Origin: Alphaproteobacteria bacterium
Lineage (GTDB): Bacteria; Pseudomonadota; Alphaproteobacteria; SP197
Length of the DNA: 64,000 bases
NCBI GenBank assembly: GCA_965228895.1
Contig: OZ245842.1
Coordinates: forward strand, 2,624,001-2,688,000
Direction: 5' to 3'
Shown: in pieces, positions 40,371 through 50,087 of the stretch
How positions within the stretch are numbered: position 1 is the first letter of the stretch
How the letters are laid out: each line of letters starts with the position of its first letter
Notes under the pieces: generated by a model
Told to the model about the DNA's origin: nothing
What the model saw: only the letters and a program-made list of their open reading frames with translations
Databases searched by the model: none
Program-made: the position numbers and the translations under genes

Positions 40371-42341
40371 ATGAACGATCTATTTTCCGACCAGAAACCC
40401 GCCAAAAAGTCGAGTTACACCGCCAAGGACATCGAGGTCCTTGAGGGGCTGGAGCCGGTGCGCCGGCGGCCCGCCATGTATATCGGCGGCACCGACGAAG
40501 GCGGCCTGCATCACCTGTTCGCCGAGGTCCTGGACAACGCCATGGACGAGGCGGTCGCCGGCCACGCCAACCGGATCGAGGTCGAGTTGGCCGCCGACGG
40601 CGTCATCACGGTGAAAGACAACGGCCGGGGCATTCCGACCGACCCGCACCCGAAGAACAAGAAACTCTCGGCGCTCGAGGTGATCATGACCACCCTGCAT
40701 GCCGGCGGTAAGTTCTCGGGCAAGGTCTATGCGACCTCCGGCGGCTTGCACGGTGTCGGTGTCTCGGTCGTCAATGCGCTGTCCGACGCGCTGACGGTCG
40801 AGGTTGCGCGCGACAAGAAGCTGTGGCGCCAGACCTATAAACGCGGCAAGCCGACATCGAAGCTGAAGAAGGTCGGCGCGGCGTCCAATCGCCGCGGCAC
40901 GATGATCCGCTTTCATCCCGATCCCGACGTCTTCGGCGAGGCGACGACATTCCGGCCCTCACGCTTGTTCCGCATGGCCCGGTCGAAAGCCTACCTGCAT
41001 CGCGGCGTCGAGATCCGCTGGTCGTGCGCCAAGTCGCTGCTGAAAGACAAGGACGACACGCCGGCCGAGGCGGTGTTTCATTTCCCCGGCGGGCTCGGCG
41101 ATTTCCTGACAGCCATTGTCGGTGACAGAAAGACAGCGACGCCGAAACCGTTTTTGGGCCAGGCTTCGTTGGGTGATGAGGTCGGACGGGTCGAATGGGC
41201 CGTCGCCTGGCCGTTGGACGGCGATGCCTTCACGTCGACCTATTGCAACACGGTACCAACGCCGGAAGGCGGTACCCATGAGAACGGGTTCCGCAACGCC
41301 ATGACCAAGGCGATGCGTGCTTATGGCGTTTTGATCGGCAACAAGAAGGCGGACAAGTTGAACGCAGACGACGTGGCGGGCGATGCCGTCGTGCTGTTCT
41401 CAGCGTTCATTCGCGAACCGCAGTTCCAGGGACAGACCAAAGAAAAGCTGGTCAACCCGGAAGTGACGCGCCTGGTCGAACAGGCGGTACGCGATCATGT
41501 CGATCATTACCTGACCGGCGATCCCGAGGGCGCCAACGCGCTCCTTGAGTTCGCGCTCGAGCGCATGGACGAACGTCAGCGGCGCAAGGCCGAGAAAGAC
41601 GTCAAACGTAAACAGCCAACCCGCAAGCTGCGCCTGCCCGGCAAGCTTGCCGATTGTTCGCGGTCCGGACGCGATGGCACCGAACTCTTCCTGGTCGAGG
41701 GCGATTCCGCCGGCGGCTCGGCAAAACAGGCGCGCAACCGCGAGACCCAGGCCATTCTGCCGTTGCGCGGCAAGATCCTGAACGTCGCCAGCGCGTCGGC
41801 CGACAAGAAGCGCGCCAACCAGGAAATCCAGGATCTCATGCAGGCGATAGGTTGCGGCGCCGGTGACAAGTACCGCGAGGACGACCTGCGCTATGAGCGC
41901 GTCGTTATCATGACCGACGCCGATGTCGACGGCGCCCATATCGCGTCACTCCTGATGACGTTCTTCTTCCGCGAAATCCCGGGCCTGATTGACGACGGCC
42001 ACCTGTTCCTCGCCGTCCCGCCGCTCTACCGCCTGTCGCGCGGCGGCGATGTCGCCTATGCCCGTGACGACGCCCATCGCGAGGAGCTGATGGCCACGCA
42101 GTTCAGCGGCAACGGCAAGGTCGAAGTCAGCCGCTTCAAGGGGCTCGGCGAAATGCCGGTGCGCCAGCTCAAGGAAACGACGATGGACCCGGCGACACGC
42201 ATCCTGCTGCAGGTCGTGGTCGACGACAGCACCCAAAAGCAGACGGCGCGCCAGGTCGAGAGCCTGATGGGCAGAAAGCCCGAACTGCGCTTGAAGTTCA
42301 TCCAGGAGAACGCCGGCCAGGCCGTCGACCTGGATATCTAG
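40371..42341 (+). CDS. parE: DNA topoisomerase IV subunit B
   Basis: LEGLEPVRRRP.MYIG, EVLDNAMDE, GLHGVG.SVVNALS, EGDSAGG, PLRGK.LN, DADVDG. At 656 aa it lacks the proteobacterial GyrB insertion. Confidence 0.93.
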   Translation: MNDLFSDQKPAKKSSYTAKDIEVLEGLEPVRRRPAMYIGGTDEGGLHHLFAEVLDNAMDEAVAGHANRIEVELAADGVITVKDNGRGIPTDPHPKNKKLSALEVIMTTLHAGGKFSGKVYATSGGLHGVGVSVVNALSDALTVEVARDKKLWRQTYKRGKPTSKLKKVGAASNRRGTMIRFHPDPDVFGEATTFRPSRLFRMARSKAYLHRGVEIRWSCAKSLLKDKDDTPAEAVFHFPGGLGDFLTAIVGDRKTATPKPFLGQASLGDEVGRVEWAVAWPLDGDAFTSTYCNTVPTPEGGTHENGFRNAMTKAMRAYGVLIGNKKADKLNADDVAGDAVVLFSAFIREPQFQGQTKEKLVNPEVTRLVEQAVRDHVDHYLTGDPEGANALLEFALERMDERQRRKAEKDVKRKQPTRKLRLPGKLADCSRSGRDGTELFLVEGDSAGGSAKQARNRETQAILPLRGKILNVASASADKKRANQEIQDLMQAIGCGAGDKYREDDLRYERVVIMTDADVDGAHIASLLMTFFFREIPGLIDDGHLFLAVPPLYRLSRGGDVAYARDDAHREELMATQFSGNGKVEVSRFKGLGEMPVRQLKETTMDPATRILLQVVVDDSTQKQTARQVESLMGRKPELRLKFIQENAGQAVDLDI

Positions 42342-42365
42342 CTAGCTAAGAAAACCAGTCTCAGC

Positions 42366-42917
42366 TCAGAAGTCCCGGCATTCTGGCCTGGTAATCTGAG
42401 CCCGGCAGAATGACGTGTCCTCTTTTTTGGTTTCGCTGGGAAGGTCGTAGTAGCTGCTTGAATGGCTGGGTTCCCACGCTTCGGCAGCATCGGCGTAGGT
42501 GTCGGCGTTAGGCAAGTGTCGATCGATCATCTCTTGCAGGTCAACGATCAGGTCGCGGCCACAGGTGTACCGGCAGATTGTAAGCTGGTTGTCATAGGCT
42601 TCACGCAACGCGAGCCTCATATGACCTGAGGCCTGTCCCGCATAAGTCTCGCCGTAGGCGCTGACCATGAACGCCTGATAGATTGCCAGCACCGAACTTT
42701 GATCGCCGGCAACGCAACTGCACGCGACGGTCCGCCCGAGAAACGTGCCGAGATCATCGGGCGGAGGCGGGCTATCCGCCCACGCCGGGCCGCCCGTGCA
42801 CATCGCAAGAACGGCGGCCAAACAGGCGAGGCGCCGGCAAGCCTTGATGGCGGACGTCAGGGAGCGGGCCCATGTCAGAATTGCCTGCAACTGTCCAAAC
42901 TTAAGCTGCGAATGCAT
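42366..42917 (-). CDS. Hypothetical exported Cys-containing protein (start uncertain)
   Basis: Signal-like RRLACLAAVLAMCTGGPAWA; the mature part has CSC, CRYTC and C-x8-C. Confidence 0.6.
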   Translation of the reverse strand: MHSQLKFGQLQAILTWARSLTSAIKACRRLACLAAVLAMCTGGPAWADSPPPPDDLGTFLGRTVACSCVAGDQSSVLAIYQAFMVSAYGETYAGQASGHMRLALREAYDNQLTICRYTCGRDLIVDLQEMIDRHLPNADTYADAAEAWEPSHSSSYYDLPSETKKEDTSFCRAQITRPECRDF

Positions 42918-43172
42918 GGCTGGGCCGTTCAGTAACCACTGACCCGGCTCTTTCGGCGCCCCTCGCATTGGTCACCGGGGAACATGTCCTCAATCGCCGA
43001 GCATGCGGGTAGTTCGTCATCAGACTGGACGGGACTTAGCGGTCGGCCGGATCGTCGAGATCGCGGCATGCGGGCGACTTCGAGCGCCAATAGCAGTCGC
43101 GCCATTGGCCGTAGTTTCCGGTCTCATGGGAACGTGATTGGCGAGACGGTTATGATGGCTTAAATCGAAACT

Positions 43173-43754
43173 ATGACGATCCGCACCCTATTCGGCGCAT
43201 GCTTGGCATTGGCGCTGGCGTCATGTGCCTCCGGCGGGACCGGCGGTACCGTGACCACGAACACCACCGTCAACCCGCTCTACACGCCGGCCCTTTACCA
43301 ATGGGTCGCGGTTGGCCGAGATGTGCCGGTGGAGATTTTCGGCAGGCCCTCGACGATTCCGCCCGAAGTTTGGGGTCCGGCCGTGACCGATGCCATGAAC
43401 GCATCATCTTGGGTCACCGCCGGCAACTTCACGACCACCCCTGACGGTAGCGAACGAGGCAATTTCGACATTGTGCTCGTGTTTGGCGCGACGTCGACAA
43501 TGTGGTCCAAGCAGGCCTGCGAAGGCACCATCGACGTAAGCGCGCTGGGCCCAGTCGACGGCCGTCTGGCCATTCTGGCTGCCTTCTGCAACAACGACCG
43601 CACGATCACGACGACGCGCGTGACGGTCAACGAGTTTGCAAGCGCGAATTCACCGGAGCTTCGCGCGGCGACAGATCAGTTGCTCGTCCATCTGCTGCCA
43701 AAGCGCGAGCCCGACCGGTCCGATCGGCGCGGCGGCCCGCTGATTTTCGACTAG
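43173..43754 (+). CDS. Hypothetical lipoprotein
   Basis: MTIRTLFGACLALALAS-C lipobox and two further Cys. Confidence 0.75.
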   Translation: MTIRTLFGACLALALASCASGGTGGTVTTNTTVNPLYTPALYQWVAVGRDVPVEIFGRPSTIPPEVWGPAVTDAMNASSWVTAGNFTTTPDGSERGNFDIVLVFGATSTMWSKQACEGTIDVSALGPVDGRLAILAAFCNNDRTITTTRVTVNEFASANSPELRAATDQLLVHLLPKREPDRSDRRGGPLIFD

Positions 43755-43806
43755 ACGGCCGCCTATCGCATGGCCGGGATCCTGCGAAGCTCGATAACAG
43801 GTTCGC

Positions 43807-44349
43807 TCACCGTATCAGCGAGCTCAGCTCCTTGAAGGCTTCGCCGCCGGCCTCCCGCAGCCACTCGAACAGCACCATTTCGGTGGTGACGATATCGGCG
43901 CCGTGTTGCGCCAGACGTGTCAGGGCGGTGGCTTTGCTGGACGGACACCGGCTTGAAACGGCATCGGCGACCACGGCGATCTGATACCCCTCGCCGATCA
44001 GGTCGTCGGCGGACTGCAGGACACAAACATGGGTCTCGACGCCGGCCAGAACGAATTGGTCGCATCCCAGATCGAGCAGTGCCGCGCGCAAGGCCTCGTC
44101 GGCGAAACAAGAAAACGTCAGCTTGTCATAGACCGGCGCGTCGCCCGCAGCATCACGCACCGGCTCAACCACGTCGCCCAATCCCTTGGGGTATTGACGC
44201 GACAGAATGATCGGAACGACCATGCGGTGGGCCGCACGCATGAGGACGACCGTATTGTCGACCACCTCATCGCGGTCGGCCATGGCAGGCATCAAACGGT
44301 CCTGGACGTCGATAATCAGCAGCGCGCTGCGGGTGTGATCAAGGAGCAT
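43807..44349 (-). CDS. Isochorismatase-family cysteine hydrolase
   Basis: LLIIDVQ, QYPKGLG, K.TFS, GVETHVCVLQ, DAVSSR, EM.LFEWL. Confidence 0.92.
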   Translation of the reverse strand: MLLDHTRSALLIIDVQDRLMPAMADRDEVVDNTVVLMRAAHRMVVPIILSRQYPKGLGDVVEPVRDAAGDAPVYDKLTFSCFADEALRAALLDLGCDQFVLAGVETHVCVLQSADDLIGEGYQIAVVADAVSSRCPSSKATALTRLAQHGADIVTTEMVLFEWLREAGGEAFKELSSLIR

Positions 44350-44409
44350 GATGGTGGTGAGACTATCGAATTTGGTAGGCCCGCGCCACGGCCGCATGGT
44401 CGCAAACCG

Positions 44410-44438
44410 TTGACGCGGGCGGCAAGCGCGGTTATCTA
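44410..44438 (+). promoter_or_regulatory. Putative sigma70 promoter of the DEAD-box helicase
   Basis: TTGACG-N17-TATCTA, about 60 nt upstream of the start. Confidence 0.5.
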
Positions 44439-44496
44439 GCCGCAAGCCGAGGCCCACGAGCCACGTGACACCCCTTGGCGTCGCCAACGGACAGGC

Positions 44497-45939
44497 ATGA
44501 TATTTGAAGATTTGGGCTTAGGCCCCGACGTGCTCAAAGCCGTCACCGACGCGGGCTATCGCGTCCCCACAGCCATCCAAGAAAAAGCGATCCCCGTCGC
44601 CTTGCAGGGTCGTGACCTCTTGGGCTGCGCGCAAACCGGCACCGGCAAGACCGCTGCCTTTGTGCTGCCGATGATCGACATTCTTTCCGGCAGCCGGGCC
44701 AAGGCGCGGATGCCGCGCGCGCTGATCCTGTCGCCGACCCGCGAATTGGCCCAGCAGACCTTCGAGAACTTCGAGATCTACGCCAAGAACGCCGAACTGG
44801 ATGGCGCGCTCCTGATCGGCGGCACGTCGATGCGCGACCAGGAAAAGGTCCTGGAGTCCGATATCGATGTCTTGATCGCGACACCGGGCCGCCTGCTCGA
44901 CCTGATCGAGCGCGGCCAGATCTTGATGCGCGGGGTCAAGTTCCTGGTCATCGACGAAGCCGATCGTATGCTCGACATGGGTTTTATCCCGGACGTCGAA
45001 CGCATCGTCGGTTTCCTGCCGCCGCTTCGCCAGACGCTGATGTTCTCGGCGACCATGCCGAAAGAGATCCGCAAGCTGGCCGACAAGTTCCTGCATAATC
45101 CCAAAGAGATCACCGTCGCGCCGCCGGCCTCCCCGGCCGAGATGGTGGAACAGTCGCTGGTGCGTGTCAGCAATGCGCGCGACAAAGGCAAGGCGCTGCG
45201 CACATTGCTGGAAGGCGAAGCCGTCAGCAACGCGATGATCTTCTGTAACCGCAAGCGCGATGTCGACAGCCTGACGCGCTCGCTGCGCCGTTTCGGTTTC
45301 GATGTGGTGCGAATGCAGGGCGACATGGATCAGCGCTCGCGCGAAGCCGCCTTGAGCGCCTTCAAAAGTGGCGAGGCGAAGTTCCTCGTCTGCACCGATG
45401 TGGCCGGCCGCGGCATCGATATCTTCGGGCTTAGCCACGTCTTCTGCTACGACATACCCGTCAACGCCGAGGACTATGTCCATCGTATCGGACGCACCGG
45501 CCGCGCTGGCCATCGTGGCCGCGCCTATGTCTTTGCTACACCAGAAGACAGCAAAGGGTTGGCCGCAATTACGCGCTTGATCCGACGTGACATCGAAGAG
45601 GTCACACTGGACGGCAAACCGAAGCAGAAGGCCGAAGCACCCGCCGAAGCCGTCCAGGAAGAAACCGAAGCCGCGCCGAAGACCGAGAAGACGGGGCGGC
45701 GCAAAAAGGCGGCGCCAAAGCGAGAGGACAAGAGCCAGAAGAAAGCCGACGAGGCCGACGACCAGAAATCTGCGGCCTCGACCGCCGACGACGAACCGGC
45801 CAAGCCGAAGTCACGCCGTCGCCGCGACAAGGACTCCAAAGAAGAAAAGGTGCCCTTCGGTAAGGGCGACCATGTACCCGCCTTCTTGATGCGCTCCATC
45901 GTCATCGACGACGACAGCAAGGACGCGCGTTCAGCATAA
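44497..45939 (+). CDS. DEAD-box RNA helicase (RhlE-like)
   Basis: Q motif, AQTGTGKT, PTRELA, TPGRL, DEAD, SAT, HRIGRTGRAG, charged C-tail. Confidence 0.96.
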   Translation: MIFEDLGLGPDVLKAVTDAGYRVPTAIQEKAIPVALQGRDLLGCAQTGTGKTAAFVLPMIDILSGSRAKARMPRALILSPTRELAQQTFENFEIYAKNAELDGALLIGGTSMRDQEKVLESDIDVLIATPGRLLDLIERGQILMRGVKFLVIDEADRMLDMGFIPDVERIVGFLPPLRQTLMFSATMPKEIRKLADKFLHNPKEITVAPPASPAEMVEQSLVRVSNARDKGKALRTLLEGEAVSNAMIFCNRKRDVDSLTRSLRRFGFDVVRMQGDMDQRSREAALSAFKSGEAKFLVCTDVAGRGIDIFGLSHVFCYDIPVNAEDYVHRIGRTGRAGHRGRAYVFATPEDSKGLAAITRLIRRDIEEVTLDGKPKQKAEAPAEAVQEETEAAPKTEKTGRRKKAAPKREDKSQKKADEADDQKSAASTADDEPAKPKSRRRRDKDSKEEKVPFGKGDHVPAFLMRSIVIDDDSKDARSA

Positions 45940-45962
45940 GCAACGTTTAGGGGTGACACGCG

Positions 45963-46733
45963 ATGGCGCAAGGCAGCAGGATTCGCGAACGTCTTAACGC
46001 CGGCGAACGCCTCGTCGGCGGTTGGATCACCATGGCCAGTCCAATCGGCGCCGAAATCATGGGTATGGCCGGATTTGACATCCTGATGATCGATCAGGAG
46101 CACGGTCCCGGCGACAGTCTCGCCGCCATCCAGCTGCAGCAAGCGATTGCCGCCGGCAGTTCGACCGCGGCCTTCATGCGCGTGTTCGACAGCGACACAC
46201 AGTTGATCAAACGGGCGCTCGATACCGGCACCGATGGATTGATGGTGCCGATGGTCGAGACCGCCGAGGAGGCAGCGCGTGTCGTCGCCGCCTGCCGCTT
46301 TCCGCCCGAGGGTGTGCGCGGCGTCGCGCCGGGTAACGTCCGCGCAGCGGCCTATGGTTTCAACAAGGATGGATTCATGGCCGCGCGCGGCAGCGACGTT
46401 TTTGTCATCTGCCAGGTCGAGACCGCCGCGACGGTCACAAACCTCGACGACATCGGCAAGGTCGACGGCGTCGACATGCTTTTCATCGGCCGAAATGATC
46501 TGGCCTCCAGCATCGGCCATCTGAACGATCCCAATTGCGCGGAAGCGTTGGAGCTGCGCCAGGAGGCCGAACGCCGCATCAAGGAAGCCGGTCGCAAGCT
46601 GGGCGGCATTCCAGGACCCGGTGATGATGCCCAAGCCATGTTCGACCGTGGCTATGATTTGGTCATTGCGATCGCGGACCACGCCATCTTGCGCGACGGC
46701 GCCGTCGCCTGTGTGACCTCGCTGAAGAGTTAA
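45963..46733 (+). CDS. HpcH/HpaI class II aldolase family protein
   Basis: GFD...IDQEHG, KRALD.G..G.MVPMV, FPP.G.RG, QVET, FIG.NDL. Confidence 0.92.
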   Translation: MAQGSRIRERLNAGERLVGGWITMASPIGAEIMGMAGFDILMIDQEHGPGDSLAAIQLQQAIAAGSSTAAFMRVFDSDTQLIKRALDTGTDGLMVPMVETAEEAARVVAACRFPPEGVRGVAPGNVRAAAYGFNKDGFMAARGSDVFVICQVETAATVTNLDDIGKVDGVDMLFIGRNDLASSIGHLNDPNCAEALELRQEAERRIKEAGRKLGGIPGPGDDAQAMFDRGYDLVIAIADHAILRDGAVACVTSLKS

Positions 46734-46735
46734 CG

Positions 46736-47407
46736 GTGGCAAAATCCTTCGAACCGATCCTGAAGCGCGCCATCAAACGCACCGGCGGGCTCGACCGGCT
46801 GGAAAAGCAACTGCCCAAACCGAAGTCGGCGCGCCAGTTGAAAGCGGTCAAGGACGACCGCTATCTCTCCCAGATGTGCTTGCGCGTGTTTCGCGCCGGC
46901 CTGAAACATTCGCTGGTCGACAGCAAGTGGCCGGCCTTCGAGGAGGTCTTCCACGGCTTCCAACCCGGCCGCATCACGCTGATGAACGACGAAGACATGG
47001 AAGCCTGCATGGGCAACCGGGCGCTGATCCGCCATTGGGCCAAGATCAGTTCCGTGCGCGACAATGCCGCGGCCTTGCAGTCGATCATCAAACAGCACGG
47101 CAGCTTCGGCGCCTGGCTTGCCGACTGGCCGGTCGATGACATCATTGGCCTGTGGGATACGCTGGCCAAAGACTTCTCGCAGCTCGGTGGCAATTCCGGC
47201 CCCTACTTCCTGCGCATGGTCGGCAAGGACACGTTCGTTCTGACCGGCGATGTCGTGCAGGGCCTGGTCGACGCGAAAGTCGTCGCGAAGAAGCCGACCG
47301 GCAAGGCCGACAAACGCAAGACCCAGGACGCCTTCAACGCCTGGTCGGACGAGACCGGCCGGCCGCTCTGTCAGCTATCCAGGATCCTCGCCTTTTCCGT
47401 CGGCTGA
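46736..47407 (+). CDS. DNA-3-methyladenine glycosylase I (Tag)-like protein
   Basis: VFRAGL....V..KWPAFEE.F.GF, IRH..KI.SV..NA, F..LG.....YFLR..G. Confidence 0.82.
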   Translation: MAKSFEPILKRAIKRTGGLDRLEKQLPKPKSARQLKAVKDDRYLSQMCLRVFRAGLKHSLVDSKWPAFEEVFHGFQPGRITLMNDEDMEACMGNRALIRHWAKISSVRDNAAALQSIIKQHGSFGAWLADWPVDDIIGLWDTLAKDFSQLGGNSGPYFLRMVGKDTFVLTGDVVQGLVDAKVVAKKPTGKADKRKTQDAFNAWSDETGRPLCQLSRILAFSVG

Positions 47408-47413
47408 TTTCGG

Positions 47414-48352
47414 TCAGCCGGGCTGCGGCGCCACAAGCCCTCGCGCCAACAGATCTTGAAACGCTTCAATGGTCATCCGCGTGCCGTCACGAAGCGACAC
47501 GCGCGGCCAGTCGCCAACCACGGCGCGCAGGTCGGCATCCGACTGATCGATCGCAAAACTGGCCGCCTCATTGGGCACGCTGATCTCGGCATCGGGAATG
47601 ACGTCGCGAACGGCGTCAACGATCTCGGTGATGGATGCAGCGTCCCCTTCGAGGTCGCCAACGAATGCGCCCTCGGCCGCATGATCGACGCAGCAGACAA
47701 CGGCCGCGGCGACTTCGTGAACGTGCTGCATGCGCAGGACGCCGTTATAGGGCATGGCGAAGGGCTGGCCGGCGGCCGCCGCCAGCATCGCCTTGGTTGG
47801 TGCCGACGTGAATCCCTGGTCCCGACCCGGTCCGAAAACGGTGTGAGGACGGATCCCGATGCTGGGGACCTGCCAGTCCTGCCAGTAGATCCGCGCGACA
47901 CCCTCGTCAGCCAGCTTGTAAACACCGTAGAGCGTATTGGGGCCGGAAAACCCAGGCCGGGACTGGGCGGCGACGGAGCTGGCGTAGACGAAGTGTTTCA
48001 GGCCGTGCCGGCGCACCGCCTCGAACACGGTCACGGTGCCCGCAACATTGACCATGGCGCCAGCAACCGGATCGGCCTGGCAGAACGGGATTTGGAGCGC
48101 CGCCAGATGCACCAGGCCACCGATCTCGTGGCGCGTCACCAAACCATCGATAGCACCCTCGTCCGTGAGGTCTCCGGTTTCCCAGGTCACCGCGTCAGCC
48201 TGTTCCCGAGGCAGGGCGAGGTAGAGGCGGCGCCGGTCGGAGGCCTTGTCGAACGCGACAACCGGGCGCCCCGCCTTCACCAGATGGGCGACGACCCATG
48301 AGCCGATACAGCCCGCTGCGCCGGTCACCAGGATCGGTGTTTGATCGTCCAT
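47414..48352 (-). CDS. NAD-dependent epimerase/dehydratase (extended SDR)
   Basis: TGAAGCIG, HLAA, N..GT, YASS, YGVYK, GPGRD. Confidence 0.92.
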   Translation of the reverse strand: MDDQTPILVTGAAGCIGSWVVAHLVKAGRPVVAFDKASDRRRLYLALPREQADAVTWETGDLTDEGAIDGLVTRHEIGGLVHLAALQIPFCQADPVAGAMVNVAGTVTVFEAVRRHGLKHFVYASSVAAQSRPGFSGPNTLYGVYKLADEGVARIYWQDWQVPSIGIRPHTVFGPGRDQGFTSAPTKAMLAAAAGQPFAMPYNGVLRMQHVHEVAAAVVCCVDHAAEGAFVGDLEGDAASITEIVDAVRDVIPDAEISVPNEAASFAIDQSDADLRAVVGDWPRVSLRDGTRMTIEAFQDLLARGLVAPQPG

Positions 48353-48550
48353 GCTCTCTCGTCCCCGCCATCAACCAAGATTCGATGGCATCGAGAGTAG
48401 CTGGCATCAACACCGGTCAGCCACCGGCAAAGCGTGAGGGCTGGTTCTAGAGGCTACTGTGGAGTTGGTGAGAGGACGTCGAAAGCTCGAGACCGGCGGC
48501 AGGCACCTGAGAGGGGGAAGCGGTGGCCGCCGGTCGCGACGCGCCCGGCT

Positions 48551-48808
48551 TCAGGAGAGCTTTCGGTAGACTTGGCACTTCACGATATAGGAGTCCGACG
48601 AAACACCGACCTTGATGAAACGGTTCTCAACCCGTCGGAACGACGGTTCGACGATCAGACCCGCCAGAATGGCGCGATCCATCGCCTCTTGGAATTCATG
48701 CAGCTTCGCCAGCAGCTCATCGGCGATTTCCCGATCGGTCTGCTCCTGAGGCTTCCGCTCAACCTCGACGGGCGACAGATTTTCTGCATACGCCGCTGTC
48801 ATCGTCAT
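48551..48808 (-). CDS. Small hypothetical protein, 85 aa
   Basis: Strong RBS AGGAGG before ATG 48808; soluble helix-then-strand composition. Confidence 0.75.
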   Translation of the reverse strand: MTMTAAYAENLSPVEVERKPQEQTDREIADELLAKLHEFQEAMDRAILAGLIVEPSFRRVENRFIKVGVSSDSYIVKCQVYRKLS

Positions 48809-48934
48809 GCGCCTCCTTTTGGGCAATCTCCCCGCCGATAACCATCATCGGGGAAGCCTTGCGTTCCGCCGTTCCCAGCGGTTAGTGATTGTTCTGGAGA
48901 TGGCGGCGCCTGTTCCCGGCTCGCGTCGCATCTC

Positions 48935-48949
48935 CTAACGATTGGTTAA
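48935..48949. promoter_or_regulatory. CtrA-like box
   Basis: Minus strand TTAACCAATCGTTAG, i.e. TTAA-N7-TTAA with one mismatch, in a divergent intergenic region. Confidence 0.5.
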
Positions 48950-49018
48950 ATTTTGGCGTTTTGGTGGTAGGGAGTCTACGGCTCGTCACCCTTCCCGTGA
49001 CCACCATCACTTGTTCTC

Positions 49019-50074
49019 ATGAACCCCTTCTCCGACAGCCGGATGGATGTTCTGCCCATGCATGTCCTGGTGCCCGATGCAAAGATCGCCAAAACCGCCC
49101 TGTTCACCGATCCTCAGGGCCGATTAACCTTTGATATTCAAAAAGTTAGCGATCTCGGCGAGGTGTCGGACGAGGCGCTCGCGGCGTGCGACGCCTTCTG
49201 TATGTTCAGTGTCATACCGGTGGGCGAAGAGATCATCGACAAACTCTCACGATGCCGCCTGATCGTCAGGGCGGGAGTCGGCTACGACAACGTCGATCTG
49301 GCGGTCGCCAGCGAACGCGGCATTGCCGTCGCCAATGTACCGGATTACGGCATCAACGAGGTCGCCGACCATGCGCTGGCGCTGATGATGACGTTCACGC
49401 GCAGCATTAGCCGGTCAAATCGTCTGCTGCGCGCCGACCCCGAAATCGGATGGGGCTGGCAGCCCGCCATCTTCAACCGGCGCACCTATCGCCGTACCGG
49501 CGGCATCATCGGCCTGGGGCGTATCGGCAGCGCCATGGCGCGGCGCATGCAGGGCCTCGGCATGCAGGTCATGGCCTATGACCCCTACCTGCCCAGCGGC
49601 ATGGAGCTGGCGCTCGGCGTCGAGCGCGTCGCGAGCCTAGAGGCGCTGCTGGGCGCCACCGACATCGTCAGCATCCACGTGCCGCTGACCGACGAAACCC
49701 AGGGCATGATCGGGCGCGATGCGATCGCCGCCATGCGGCCGGATACGATCCTCATCAACACCTCGCGCGGCCCCGTGGTCGACTTCGACGCACTTTATGA
49801 CGGCCTGAAGGACGGCCCCATCGGCTGCGCCGGGCTGGACGTCATGCCGGTCGAGCCGCTCGATACCGACCACCCGCTGATCAAGGCCTGGCTCGCCGGC
49901 GAAGCCTGGCTCGAAGACCGCCTGGTGATGACGCCGCACGCCGCCTTCTTCAGCCCCGACAGCATCGACGACATGCGCACCAAAGCGATCGACCTGATCT
50001 CCGACTACCTGGGCGGCGGCGCGTTGCGCAACTGCGTCAACGGCGACCTGCTGGCGCCGGCGGACCGGCGTTAG
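49019..50074 (+). CDS. D-2-hydroxyacid dehydrogenase (CtBP-like); true start may be 49058
   Basis: RAGVGYDNVD, NVPDY...EVADH, GLGRIG, NTSRG, LDV...EP, TPHAAF. Confidence 0.92.
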   Translation: MNPFSDSRMDVLPMHVLVPDAKIAKTALFTDPQGRLTFDIQKVSDLGEVSDEALAACDAFCMFSVIPVGEEIIDKLSRCRLIVRAGVGYDNVDLAVASERGIAVANVPDYGINEVADHALALMMTFTRSISRSNRLLRADPEIGWGWQPAIFNRRTYRRTGGIIGLGRIGSAMARRMQGLGMQVMAYDPYLPSGMELALGVERVASLEALLGATDIVSIHVPLTDETQGMIGRDAIAAMRPDTILINTSRGPVVDFDALYDGLKDGPIGCAGLDVMPVEPLDTDHPLIKAWLAGEAWLEDRLVMTPHAAFFSPDSIDDMRTKAIDLISDYLGGGALRNCVNGDLLAPADRR

Positions 50075-50087
50075 ACCCCACCGGCGG

